A DNA stretch of 64,000 nt, from contig JBHHUM010000002.1 of assembly GCA_046861645.1 (NCBI GenBank), positions 512-64,511 on the forward strand. The letters are read 5' to 3'. The notes beneath the pieces are model-generated. The model made no database searches, was not told the origin of the DNA, and saw only the letters and a program-made list of their open reading frames with translations. Numbering within the stretch: position 1 is the first letter of the stretch; each line of letters starts with the position of its first letter. The DNA comes from Fidelibacterota bacterium. Its GTDB lineage: Bacteria > Fidelibacterota > Marinisomatia > Marinisomatales > UBA2128. The translations under genes were made by a program, and so were the position numbers. Below, one piece after another: positions 18,921-27,308 of the stretch.

Positions 18921-20198
18921 AGTCTTTACCTTTCTGGTCAGAGCCGTAAGCAAGGCTTTCTCAAATGTTGTGTTGGAGTCAAAGCAGTACCCAAAGACAG
19001 ACTCCCACAATGTTTTGTTTTCCATACATAGATAGAAGAAAACAGACTCGTGCCAGGGGGTGAAAGCCTGCCATGCTGTCCGAAATAGCTCTTCTTTAAT
19101 CTTTTGAGGGTAGGACAGTTTTCCAGCGGTATCTTCCATTGGCATCTGTAACACTTTGCTGGGGATTCTTTTTATTCTCAAACTTTTGATGACGGGTTTA
19201 ATAAAGGTCAGGGTACCAAAGGAAACCAGGGCTACTTCTGCAGGAGAGAAGAGAGTTATGACCTGTTGGATAAGATCTTCATAATCTTTTTGCCAACCCC
19301 TGTAATAAATCATGGGATGGAAGTGAAATCCGACCGAAATACCTTCATTTGCTACTCTTCGAGCGGCCATCAAACGCTCTACCAGGGAGGCGGTATAGTG
19401 CTCCTCATTATCAATTATCGTCTGGGGATTAAGGGACCAGCTAATAAAAACATTGGGAGGCACGCTACTGCTGAGTAGATGGTTCACATTCTTGGATTTG
19501 GTTTTGAATTCGAGAAATATATTAGGGTTTCGCCTGGCGAAAGCTAACTGAGCATCCAGAATGTGAGCCCTGTTCTCCAGAAGTAATGAGTCAGAAGATT
19601 GGCCGGAACAGATGTGATATTTCCGTGTCGGATTAAGTCGAATGTTCTGGAGTTTTGCCGAAAGATTAGTATCAATTGAGATGTTTCCTGTCCCATAAAA
19701 CGTCTGGATACTGCAGTAACTGCAACCCAATCCACACCCTTGTATAACATCGAGTGTCTGGAGATTACAGCAGACTGTTTTTTCCGAAGCAACGGGACAC
19801 ATTCCTAAAACAGTGTTGTTGTCTTCGTGCCTGGTAATCCGCTTTTTCCAATCCCATGAAGTGAGTTTTGTTGCGCCCTGGTAAACAGTCTGTTGATTTT
19901 TCAGTGAGAGCCATTGCTGATACAAATAATCAAACAGGAGTTGTCCCCGCCTGCTATTCGTGGAAGTTACTCGTTCCTTAAGCTCCTGCCAGCGCTGTGG
20001 TAGAGGTTTTTCCATCCACATCACTAAGTCGATGGCTATTTCCGTTACTTGCTGGAGTTGTTGAAATGTGAGGTGATATTCTTTGGCCAGGGATTGAATA
20101 AATCGTCGGGTATCTTCATCGAGAGAGCGGAAGAGAGGCTGTCTGTCTAAGAGAGTAAGACGAGTGATAATTCGATCTTTTTCAGAAATGGTGGGCAT
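18852..20198 (-). CDS. radical SAM protein, spore-photoproduct-lyase (SPL)-like family, with a ~125-aa N-terminal extra domain
   Basis: CX3CX2C at residues 155-162 (VCCNLQTLDVIQGCGLGCSYCSIQ). ATG start at 20198. Confidence 0.7.
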   Translation of the reverse strand: MPTISEKDRIITRLTLLDRQPLFRSLDEDTRRFIQSLAKEYHLTFQQLQQVTEIAIDLVMWMEKPLPQRWQELKERVTSTNSRRGQLLFDYLYQQWLSLKNQQTVYQGATKLTSWDWKKRITRHEDNNTVLGMCPVASEKTVCCNLQTLDVIQGCGLGCSYCSIQTFYGTGNISIDTNLSAKLQNIRLNPTRKYHICSGQSSDSLLLENRAHILDAQLAFARRNPNIFLEFKTKSKNVNHLLSSSVPPNVFISWSLNPQTIIDNEEHYTASLVERLMAARRVANEGISVGFHFHPMIYYRGWQKDYEDLIQQVITLFSPAEVALVSFGTLTFIKPVIKSLRIKRIPSKVLQMPMEDTAGKLSYPQKIKEELFRTAWQAFTPWHESVFFYLCMENKTLWESVFGYCFDSNTTFEKALLTALTRKVKTSGTEESLLPVKPPDAAPDPNPS

Positions 20199-20823
20199 GG
20201 TGACTTAACTCTTCATTCTGAAGTAGTCCCTGAATTAGGTGATCAATCTGAGGTAGTGTGTTTGTTATGAGCTGGGTAACAAATTTGTTCGATATGGTAC
20301 GGGTGGGGTAATAGCTGTTATCTGAAATAATCTTGACGATCTGAATTGGTATGGAAGGATGGTGTCGGATAAAAGAGTAGAAGCCAGCAGCTTCCATGTC
20401 GTAAGCACAATCGTCGGGATAATCGTTTACGGGATCAGCTACTGTTTTCACTACTACAGCTGGGAAAGGCAGATCTGCAGGGAGTATAGGATGATACTTT
20501 TGACCTGAAGAGTCATCTATTACTGTGTGAGCCAGTACACATTTCCCCAGGGGAAGATTTTTATGTCCCGCAATTCCGATGTTGATCCAGGCTGAATCGT
20601 CGGCGTACTTGGGAAGTTGTGTCAGATACTTTAGGGCATCGAAGGCTCTTCTCTTACCAATTCCTGACACTGTTAGTTGGAGGTTTTCATTACTGTTAGT
20701 ATACAAGGGGAACGGTGTGGACTCTTGGAGGAGGAGGTTAAAATATCGTACCAGGGGCCGTGCTTCTGAAGACATGGCCACTATCATATTCAAGGGGCGA
20801 GTTACTTTAAAACGGTCGTCCAT
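20182..20823 (-). CDS. PNP_UDP_1-family phosphorylase / nucleosidase-like protein
   Basis: MIVAMSSEARPL...VSGIGKRRA...INIGIAGHKN...MEAAGF...VKIISDN follows the MTA/SAH-nucleosidase, HpnG and MqnB fold pattern. An alternative start is the ATG at 20787. Confidence 0.65.
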   Translation of the reverse strand: MDDRFKVTRPLNMIVAMSSEARPLVRYFNLLLQESTPFPLYTNSNENLQLTVSGIGKRRAFDALKYLTQLPKYADDSAWINIGIAGHKNLPLGKCVLAHTVIDDSSGQKYHPILPADLPFPAVVVKTVADPVNDYPDDCAYDMEAAGFYSFIRHHPSIPIQIVKIISDNSYYPTRTISNKFVTQLITNTLPQIDHLIQGLLQNEELSHHAHHF

Positions 20824-21680
20824 CGTTTGGTATAGGCCTCGGCTTCCTTTAAGCGACCACGCTTAAGAGCCCCGGTCGTGTAGATACTCACTTTTTCAGC
20901 TAACATCGCTTTCACTGCCAGTCGGTTTTCCTTATCTAAAGCTTTCGTATTTAGAATTTTTTCCAGAGTTTGTATACGAAACCGATCCATTCCCCAATAC
21001 TGTTGAGAAAGTTGATCGTCATGACCGCCATATTTTACAATCAGTTTTTCATCCAGATAGAGGACAGGGTGAAAAGCGGTGATCCGTAGCCAAAGGTCGT
21101 AGTCTTCACATACCGGAAGGGATTCATCGAAAATGCCCACTTCAGTGAACAATGATCTATGAATTACGACACTGGAGGGCGAGATACAGCAGAGAGGAAG
21201 ACATTTCTGGAATATCCACCCGCCGTATTTGGTATGTTTTTTCATTGGATTGACCCGGACACCGTTACGGATCCAGATTTCATCCGTATGGCAAAATAGC
21301 ATTCCCGGTTCATTCCTGAGTGCTTCCATCTGGCGTTGATTTTTTTCTGGCAGCCATTCGTCATCGGAATCGAGAAAGGCAAGCCATTCACCAGATGCTT
21401 CACGAATCCCTCTATTCCTGGCAGCGCTCACACCTCGATTTGATTGTCGGATGTACATTACCTCTGGATAGTTCGACTGAATCAGGGCTGCTGAGTCATC
21501 GTTAGAACCGTCATCCACTACGATTACTTCCTCTGGTACCCGGGTCTGATTGAGGATAGAATCGAGCGCCCGGGGAAGAAGGTGGGCTCGATTATAAGTG
21601 GGAATAATTACAGAGATTGATGAAGGAAAGTCGGTCACATCATTGTGTTGACAAGGTTGGTTATCGTAATTTTTGGGCAA
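20802..21680 (-). CDS. family 2 glycosyltransferase
   Basis: ISVIIPTYNRAHLL...VVDDGSNDDS...FLDSDDEW. The ORF-track start is TTG 21680; an in-frame GTG at 21638 is an alternative. Confidence 0.85.
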   Translation of the reverse strand: MPKNYDNQPCQHNDVTDFPSSISVIIPTYNRAHLLPRALDSILNQTRVPEEVIVVDDGSNDDSAALIQSNYPEVMYIRQSNRGVSAARNRGIREASGEWLAFLDSDDEWLPEKNQRQMEALRNEPGMLFCHTDEIWIRNGVRVNPMKKHTKYGGWIFQKCLPLCCISPSSVVIHRSLFTEVGIFDESLPVCEDYDLWLRITAFHPVLYLDEKLIVKYGGHDDQLSQQYWGMDRFRIQTLEKILNTKALDKENRLAVKAMLAEKVSIYTTGALKRGRLKEAEAYTKRWTTVLK

Positions 21681-22968
21681 GAAAGCTTACCAATTGATCC
21701 ATGCTGACTCTCTCCTGTGTCATAGTATCCCGTTCCCTGACCGTGACTGTTTCATCTTCCAGGGTTTGGGAATCTACCGTTACACCGAAGGGTGTACCAG
21801 CTTCATCCTGACGGCGGTAGCGTCGTCCAATGGAGCCCCCACTATCGTAGAAAGCAGCAAACTCACCCTTAAGATTATCAAAGATTTTATGAGCGATTTC
21901 TGGGAGTCCGTCGCGGTTTACCAACGGGAAGATAGAAACCGTAATTGGAGCCAGTTTGGGCTGGAGGCGTAGGACCACACGTTTTTCACCCCTCACTTCT
22001 TCTTCATGATAAGCATCAGTCAAAAGGGTCAACACTGTTCTGTCGACCCCTGCAGATGATTCCACCACGGCTGGTGTGATATGCTCATTACTTTTGGTAT
22101 CAAACCAGGTCAGTTTCTTTCCACTGAAAGTGGCATGTTGATCCAGGTCGTAGGTCCCCCGGTCGGCAATGCCTTCTAATTCTGACCAACCAAAAGGGAA
22201 TTCGTACTCCACATCGTAACAGTTGGCAGCATAATGAGCCAGTTCATTTTGATCATGTTGACGTAAACGGAGTTTGTCTTCAGAGATTCCGATATGTTTA
22301 TACCAGTTGAAGCGAGCTTCTACCCAATAGTCCAGCCATGGGGAAGATTCTTCAGATTTGACGAAGAACTCCAGCTCCATCTGTTCAAACTCCCGGGAGC
22401 GGAAGAGGAAGTTGCCCGTGGTGATCTCATTGCGGAATGCCTTTCCGATCTGGGCAATACCAAAGGGTAATTTCATGCGGGCTGTGCTTTGGGCATTCAG
22501 GAAATTAACAAATATCCCTTGTGCTGTTTCGGGACGCAAGTAGATAATAGCCGCTGAATCTTCCGAAGGTCCATAATGGGTCTTAAGCATCAGATTGAAC
22601 TGTCGTGGTTTGGTCCAGTTCATAATACCACAGGAAGGACAGGCTTTATCCAAATCAACTTGATCAGCCCTGAAACGGCTGTTGCAGTTCTTGCAATCCA
22701 CCAGGGGATCGTGGAATTCCTCGACGTGTCCAGAAGCTTCCCATACCTTGGAATTCATGAAAATAGCAGCGTCCATACCTACCACGTCAGCACGGGATGT
22801 GACTATTTCCCTCCACCAGTGTTTCTTTACATTATTCTTCAATTCTACCCCCAGGGGACCATAGTCATAAGTTGCCTCTAACCCACCATAGATTTCAGAA
22901 CTCTGAAAGATAAATCCACGACGCTTGCAGAGGGAGATAAGTTTGTCCATGATAGTGTTAGCTTTCAC
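21661..22968 (-). CDS. glyQS: glycine--tRNA ligase (homodimeric class II)
   Basis: MDKLISLCKRRGFIFQSSEIYGG...plus class II motifs. Start is either GTG 22968 or ATG 22950. Confidence 0.92.
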   Translation of the reverse strand: MKANTIMDKLISLCKRRGFIFQSSEIYGGLEATYDYGPLGVELKNNVKKHWWREIVTSRADVVGMDAAIFMNSKVWEASGHVEEFHDPLVDCKNCNSRFRADQVDLDKACPSCGIMNWTKPRQFNLMLKTHYGPSEDSAAIIYLRPETAQGIFVNFLNAQSTARMKLPFGIAQIGKAFRNEITTGNFLFRSREFEQMELEFFVKSEESSPWLDYWVEARFNWYKHIGISEDKLRLRQHDQNELAHYAANCYDVEYEFPFGWSELEGIADRGTYDLDQHATFSGKKLTWFDTKSNEHITPAVVESSAGVDRTVLTLLTDAYHEEEVRGEKRVVLRLQPKLAPITVSIFPLVNRDGLPEIAHKIFDNLKGEFAAFYDSGGSIGRRYRRQDEAGTPFGVTVDSQTLEDETVTVRERDTMTQERVSMDQLVSFLAQKLR

Positions 22969-23255
22969 GAATAGAGTACACTATAGGGTTGATGGAGATC
23001 GTCCAAGGGTCGAAGACTCGCCTTTGGCTGAGACTCTACGAGGAGTACTTTCAGCGGTATCATCTCGGCATATTTATTCCCAGATTAGTTTGTTCAAGTC
23101 CATGGCTTTTGCCCTACTTCCAGATTCATATATCCCCGGTTCATGTTCCATCAGTCGGTATCCCTGATCTTAGAATCCATCGTTTTACTAAATTGAAAAT
23201 TAATTCAGTACCTCGATTCTCCGAACATCCAATACTCCATCACCCTACCTCTCAC

Positions 23256-23837
23256 TCAATTTATCTCTTGCAGTTCTTTTTCAATCAGGTCATTATGACG
23301 AATTTTATGTTTAACTGGTTCAGTGACAATGGTAGCCGTTTGTGGTTGTCTCCGGAAATATATCATCAATATAAACAGGGCTAAAAGGAAGACCAAGGCT
23401 GGAATTATCCAGGCTGTCAGGTTGAATCCTACAGCCCGGGGGTTGGCTAAGATTCTTTCTCCATGAATCCAGCCGAAGATATCAAGAATTTCACGATTGC
23501 TCATTCCAGCGCTTACTACCTTATCGATGTAGTTTTTAATCTCCGTGAGACTTTTCTTTGCTGGGGCGTAGCTGAACCGGTACATGCCCGGTCCGGAATA
23601 AGTCTGTGCAAACAGATTCTGGATAGTGCTTTTTTCAAACTGAGGATTTATCAGGGCGGCAATAATTTCCTTCATCAGAGCTGTTTTCTGATTGTCAGCA
23701 TGGTCGTAGATAACACCACCGCCACAGCAGGGGGCCATCAGGTTCTGTTCCAGGTAGGTCTGACGGTTATTGTCAGCAGTTCCAACTGCAACCATAATTA
23801 AGGAAAAGGAGATGACTAATATCTGGGTCGTCTTCAC
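23256..23837 (-). CDS. membrane-anchored exported protein (weak CcmH/NrfF-like layout)
   Basis: Signal peptide, APCCGGG cysteine pair, and a late TM helix (AWIIPALVFLLALFILMIYF) after ...ILDIFGWIHGERILANP. 4-nt overlap with the topA stop. Confidence 0.4.
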   Translation of the reverse strand: MKTTQILVISFSLIMVAVGTADNNRQTYLEQNLMAPCCGGGVIYDHADNQKTALMKEIIAALINPQFEKSTIQNLFAQTYSGPGMYRFSYAPAKKSLTEIKNYIDKVVSAGMSNREILDIFGWIHGERILANPRAVGFNLTAWIIPALVFLLALFILMIYFRRQPQTATIVTEPVKHKIRHNDLIEKELQEIN

Positions 23838-26074
23838 GTTTCATTTACCTCCTCAAGTGTACTATAGCTTTGTTTACATTCAGGACACTGGTAGTAAGTA
23901 CCCCTTGTTTTATGTTTCCGTGCTTCCACAAAGTAGTGTCCACATTGGCAGGTGAAAAGTACGGGCTTGTACCAGGAAACATAATCGCAATCTGGATAAC
24001 GGCTGCATCCATAGAAAAGTTTCCCCTTACGACTGGTTCTCTGTACTATTTCTCCCTCGCATTTTGCTTTTGGACAGGCGATGTCCGTACCCAACGGCTC
24101 GGTATGACGGCAGTTGGGATAATTGCTGCAACCGATGTAATGCCCGTAGCGACCCTTTTTGATGACCAGAGGATGACCGCAATCTGGACAATTTTTACCG
24201 GCGGGTTCATCGTCTTCTCGTTCTAACCCCGGTAGTGGCTTAGTGTTCTTGCACTTGGGAAATGCTGAGCACCCCATGAATTTCTCGCCCCTGCGGTTCC
24301 AGCGGATTATCATGGGACTTCCACACTGCTCACACTGCTCGTCGGTTTCTTCCAGGAATTGAGCTTTTATGGTGCTTTTTTTCTGCTCGGCAGCATCCAT
24401 GGATACTCGGAAGGGTTTGTAAAAGTCATTTAGTACGGAAAGGTAATCTTCTGTGCCAGTTTCAATCTCATCCAACTCCGCTTCCATCTGGGCTGTGAAA
24501 CTGATATCGAAAATGTCAGGTAGATTTTCCACCAGGATCTTATTAACTAATAATCCCGTCTCTGTCGGTACCAGTTTGCGGTTACCCCCCTCCACATATT
24601 TACGATCGTAGAGTTTAGCAATGATATCGTGGAAAGTGCTGGGACGACCGATTCCCAGGTTGTCTAATTCGCGAATGAGTGAGCTTTGATTGAAATAGGG
24701 TGGAGGCTCCGTGAAGTGTTGCTCGGGAAGAAACTCTGTTGGAGTTACCCTGTCTCCCTTGGCGATTTCACGAGGTATGACTACCTCAACTTTCTCTCTG
24801 GCGGGTGGGTAGACTTTACGATAACCGGGGAATTTCTCGATGGAGCCGGCTACCCGGAAGAGATGTTCCTCTCCAGCAGAAATATCAATGATGGTCTGTG
24901 CTAGTATGGAAGGCGTCATCTGGCTGGCCATGAATCGCTGCCAAATAAGGCGGTAAAGTTTTAGTTCTGAGTTATTAATCTTCCCTTCCAGTGATTCGGG
25001 TGTTAAAGCTGGGTTAGTAGGACGGATGGCTTCGTGAGCATCCTGAACCTGTTTTTTCTTTGGTTTATATAGGTTGGGTTTGGGAGGGATAAACTCCTTA
25101 CTGAATTGGGAGGAAATGAAATCCCGGGCACTGTTTATGGCTGAAGTGGATAGTCGCGTAGAATCAGTTCTCATATACGTAATGAGACCGGTAGGTTCTC
25201 CTGAACCAATGTCGAGCCCCTCATACAGTCGCTGGGCGATACGCATGGAGCGACGTGGTGTCAATCGAAGACGGCTGGCGGCATCCTGCTGAAGAGTGCT
25301 GGTGGTGAACGGCGGTGGTGGTGACTTGCGCATATCTTTTTTCTCTATGGTTTTGATCACGAAGTCCTGATCACGTACGACAGCAAGAATCGCATTCATT
25401 GCTGCTTCAGAAGGGATTGCCGGCTTCTTACCAGATATTCTATGGAGACGGGCGGTGAAGGTCTCCTGCTTATCAGTGATGAGTTCCACATCCAGTGTCC
25501 AGTATTCCTGTGGTTTGAAGTTGGCAATCTCTTCGTGACGTTCACACACTAACCTTAGAGCCACCGATTGAACCCGTCCGGCACTTAAACCACGGTACAA
25601 TACGGAACCAAGAAAGGGCGAGACAGTATAGCCCACGATTCGGTCAATAATCCGGCGGGTAATTTGGGCGTTGACCAGGTTCATATCCACCTCCCGAGGG
25701 TGAGCCATGCCCTCCTGAAGTCCTTCCGGAGTTATTTCGTTAAAAAGGACCCGCCGGGTATTCTTGCTTTTACCATCCACTTCCGTAGCGATGTGCCAGG
25801 CGATGGCTTCACCCTCACGGTCCGGGTCGGTAGCCAGGAAAATTTCCTTAGCAGCGTTAGCCCGCTCCTTCAGCTTCTTGATGATCTTCGCTTTTCCGTC
25901 TACGGTAACGTACTTGGCTTTGAAGTTATCGGCAATATCAACAGCGAATTCATTTCTGGGAAGATCCTTGATGTGACCGTTAGATGCTTCCACACGATAT
26001 TCCTTCCCTAAGTACCGCTCGATGGTACGGGCTTTGGAGGGAGATTCGACGATTATGAGTGATCGTTTTGCCAT
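23834..26074 (-). CDS. topA: DNA topoisomerase I
   Basis: TOPRIM IIVESPSKARTIERYLG, catalytic Tyr context YMRTDSTR, and four C-terminal Cys4 zinc ribbons. Start set at ATG 26074 (MAKRSL); the 48-codon upstream extension is translation of a pyrimidine-rich leader. Confidence 0.93.
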   Translation of the reverse strand: MAKRSLIIVESPSKARTIERYLGKEYRVEASNGHIKDLPRNEFAVDIADNFKAKYVTVDGKAKIIKKLKERANAAKEIFLATDPDREGEAIAWHIATEVDGKSKNTRRVLFNEITPEGLQEGMAHPREVDMNLVNAQITRRIIDRIVGYTVSPFLGSVLYRGLSAGRVQSVALRLVCERHEEIANFKPQEYWTLDVELITDKQETFTARLHRISGKKPAIPSEAAMNAILAVVRDQDFVIKTIEKKDMRKSPPPPFTTSTLQQDAASRLRLTPRRSMRIAQRLYEGLDIGSGEPTGLITYMRTDSTRLSTSAINSARDFISSQFSKEFIPPKPNLYKPKKKQVQDAHEAIRPTNPALTPESLEGKINNSELKLYRLIWQRFMASQMTPSILAQTIIDISAGEEHLFRVAGSIEKFPGYRKVYPPAREKVEVVIPREIAKGDRVTPTEFLPEQHFTEPPPYFNQSSLIRELDNLGIGRPSTFHDIIAKLYDRKYVEGGNRKLVPTETGLLVNKILVENLPDIFDISFTAQMEAELDEIETGTEDYLSVLNDFYKPFRVSMDAAEQKKSTIKAQFLEETDEQCEQCGSPMIIRWNRRGEKFMGCSAFPKCKNTKPLPGLEREDDEPAGKNCPDCGHPLVIKKGRYGHYIGCSNYPNCRHTEPLGTDIACPKAKCEGEIVQRTSRKGKLFYGCSRYPDCDYVSWYKPVLFTCQCGHYFVEARKHKTRGTYYQCPECKQSYSTLEEVNET

Positions 26075-26146
26075 TAGTTGCCTTTCGCGCGCGGAAAATA
26101 TACAACGGCTGTCAGGAAATTCAAGAAGCAAATGATTATGTGAGCA

Positions 26147-26174
26147 GGGGAGCGAGGGAGCTGGGGAGAAAGGG
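26147..26174 (+). other. canonical G-quadruplex-forming motif inside a ~100-nt polypurine tract
   Basis: GGGGagcgaGGGagctGGGGagaaaGGG: four G-runs of at least 3 with loops of 5, 4 and 5 nt. The region 26141..26240 is overwhelmingly A/G on the plus strand. Confidence 0.6.
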
Positions 26175-26306
26175 AGGAAAGCATAGGCAAAGGCGAAGGC
26201 TGAGGTGATGAGGATCATAGGAGTTGGGGAGAAAATTCAGCAGGAATGAATTACTTGTACTTTAATGACAAATAATGCAGATTATCTGAAAAGCTGAGAA
26301 TCAGAT

Positions 26307-26561
26307 ATGACTAAGACAATACAGATACGGAAGCGGGGAGTTCTGACGCTTCCAAAGGTGCTCCGGGAGAAATATCGTCTTGATGAGGGTGATCCTGTAA
26401 CTCTTATCGATCTGGGCGAGGGAATCCTTATCAGTCCGAAACTTACCATAGTTCCCAAATTAGTAGCGGAACTGGAGTATATGATGGAGAAAGAAGGTCT
26501 TTCCCTGGAAGACTTATTGCAGGGCGTAGCAGAAGAACGGTCCCGCTACGGCAAAAAGTAG
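26307..26561 (+). CDS. vapB: AbrB/SpoVT-type antitoxin (VapB-like)
   Basis: IQIRKRGVLTLPKVLREKYRLDEGDPV is a swapped-hairpin motif. It sits immediately upstream of the PIN gene. Confidence 0.8.
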   Translation: MTKTIQIRKRGVLTLPKVLREKYRLDEGDPVTLIDLGEGILISPKLTIVPKLVAELEYMMEKEGLSLEDLLQGVAEERSRYGKK

Positions 26562-26563
26562 AA

Positions 26564-26986
26564 GTGCCAACATCTCTGAAGGTTTTCTTCGATTCCGATG
26601 TGATCATTGCCGGGTCCTTTTCACAGACCGGTGCCAGTCATGTTCTTCTTCAATTAGCCGATCTGGATGTGATACGCGGCTATGTTTCTGAGCAGGTTAT
26701 TGAAGAATGCCGACGGAATATCATAAAGAAACTGCCCGTTGCAATGGAAGCGTTTCAGTCAATTCTGGAAACTTGTTTCCAAGATGTAGTCGTTCCGAGT
26801 AATTCAGCGCTAAAAGAAGCGGTTGGGCAAGCTGATGCTAAGGATATTCCAATACTTGCTGCAGCCCTGGAGGTTCAGGCTGACGTTTTAACTACCTTTA
26901 ACACAAAAGATTACAATCCTCGTGAGTCACTTCCAGAGATTATGCGACCGGGAGATTTACTCAAGTTGATCCAGCGTATAGTGTAG
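26564..26986 (+). CDS. vapC: PIN-domain toxin (VapC-like)
   Basis: GTG start 2 nt after the vapB stop. VFFDSDVIIAG (first acidic residue)...DAKDIPILAAAL...LTTFNTKDY. Confidence 0.8.
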   Translation: MPTSLKVFFDSDVIIAGSFSQTGASHVLLQLADLDVIRGYVSEQVIEECRRNIIKKLPVAMEAFQSILETCFQDVVVPSNSALKEAVGQADAKDIPILAAALEVQADVLTTFNTKDYNPRESLPEIMRPGDLLKLIQRIV

Positions 26987-27050
26987 TAGAAGTTTTTTTG
27001 TTATTGCAGGAGTAATTTGTGTATGTCATTGCGCTCGCAAAAACATAAAA

Positions 27051-27308
27051 TCAAGGTTTCCTCAGTAGATCATGAGTTCCTACTTTGCGTAAAATAGCCG
27101 TATCTCCCTTTCTGGAATACGTAATCCTGTAGTTTTGGGAAACACGAATCTCATATATGTTTTCTTGTCCGACCATTTTCTTATTCTTTAATGAAGGATG
27201 GGATGGATTATCCTCATAAAGTAAAAGGGTCTTCTTGACTTTCTTCTGTATATCAGGTTGGAGCTTTTTATAGAGCTTTATAAAAGTGCGAGTAGCCTCA
27301 ACACGCAC
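27051..27308 (-). CDS. RelE/ParE-superfamily toxin
   Basis: 85 aa. FIKLYKKLQPDIQKKVKKTL...IYEIRVSQNYRITYSRKGDTAILRKVGTHD. GTG start shares 1 nt with the antitoxin stop (TAGTG). Confidence 0.8.
   Translation of the reverse strand: MRVEATRTFIKLYKKLQPDIQKKVKKTLLLYEDNPSHPSLKNKKMVGQENIYEIRVSQNYRITYSRKGDTAILRKVGTHDLLRKP

Noticed and set aside
23052-23064. T-box-like string in the glyQS leader. The minus strand reads GAUGAUACCGCUG, compared with the T-box core GGUGGUACCGCG. A GGC-A (23113..23110) could be read as a glycine specifier.
   Set aside because: The bulge would read UGAU instead of UGGN, so it cannot pair with the tRNA 3'-NCCA end. I could not find a Stem I K-turn, AG-bulge or distal-loop motifs. 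No terminator or sequestrator follows. It is best treated as chance similarity until a covariance-model search says otherwise.
23010-23125. Glycine-riboswitch-like fragments upstream of glyQS. The minus strand has GGAAGUAGGGCAA (compare CCGAAGGGGCAA) and GUCUCAGCCAAAGGC (compare CUCAGGCAAAAGGAC) just before the closing helix.
   Set aside because: The conserved GGAGAG/ACCGAAGG core is not intact. The segment between the two fragments (~70 nt) cannot form the short P3 hairpin. Only one copy of each fragment exists. There is not enough to call a riboswitch by eye.
26075-26218. 48-codon N-terminal extension of the topA ORF in the track (MILITSAFAFAYAFLPFSPAPSLP...).
   Set aside because: It is low-complexity translation of the pyrimidine-rich strand of the polypurine tract. 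Canonical TopA begins at the TOPRIM motif, which here starts at ATG 26074 (MAKRSLIIVESPSKA).
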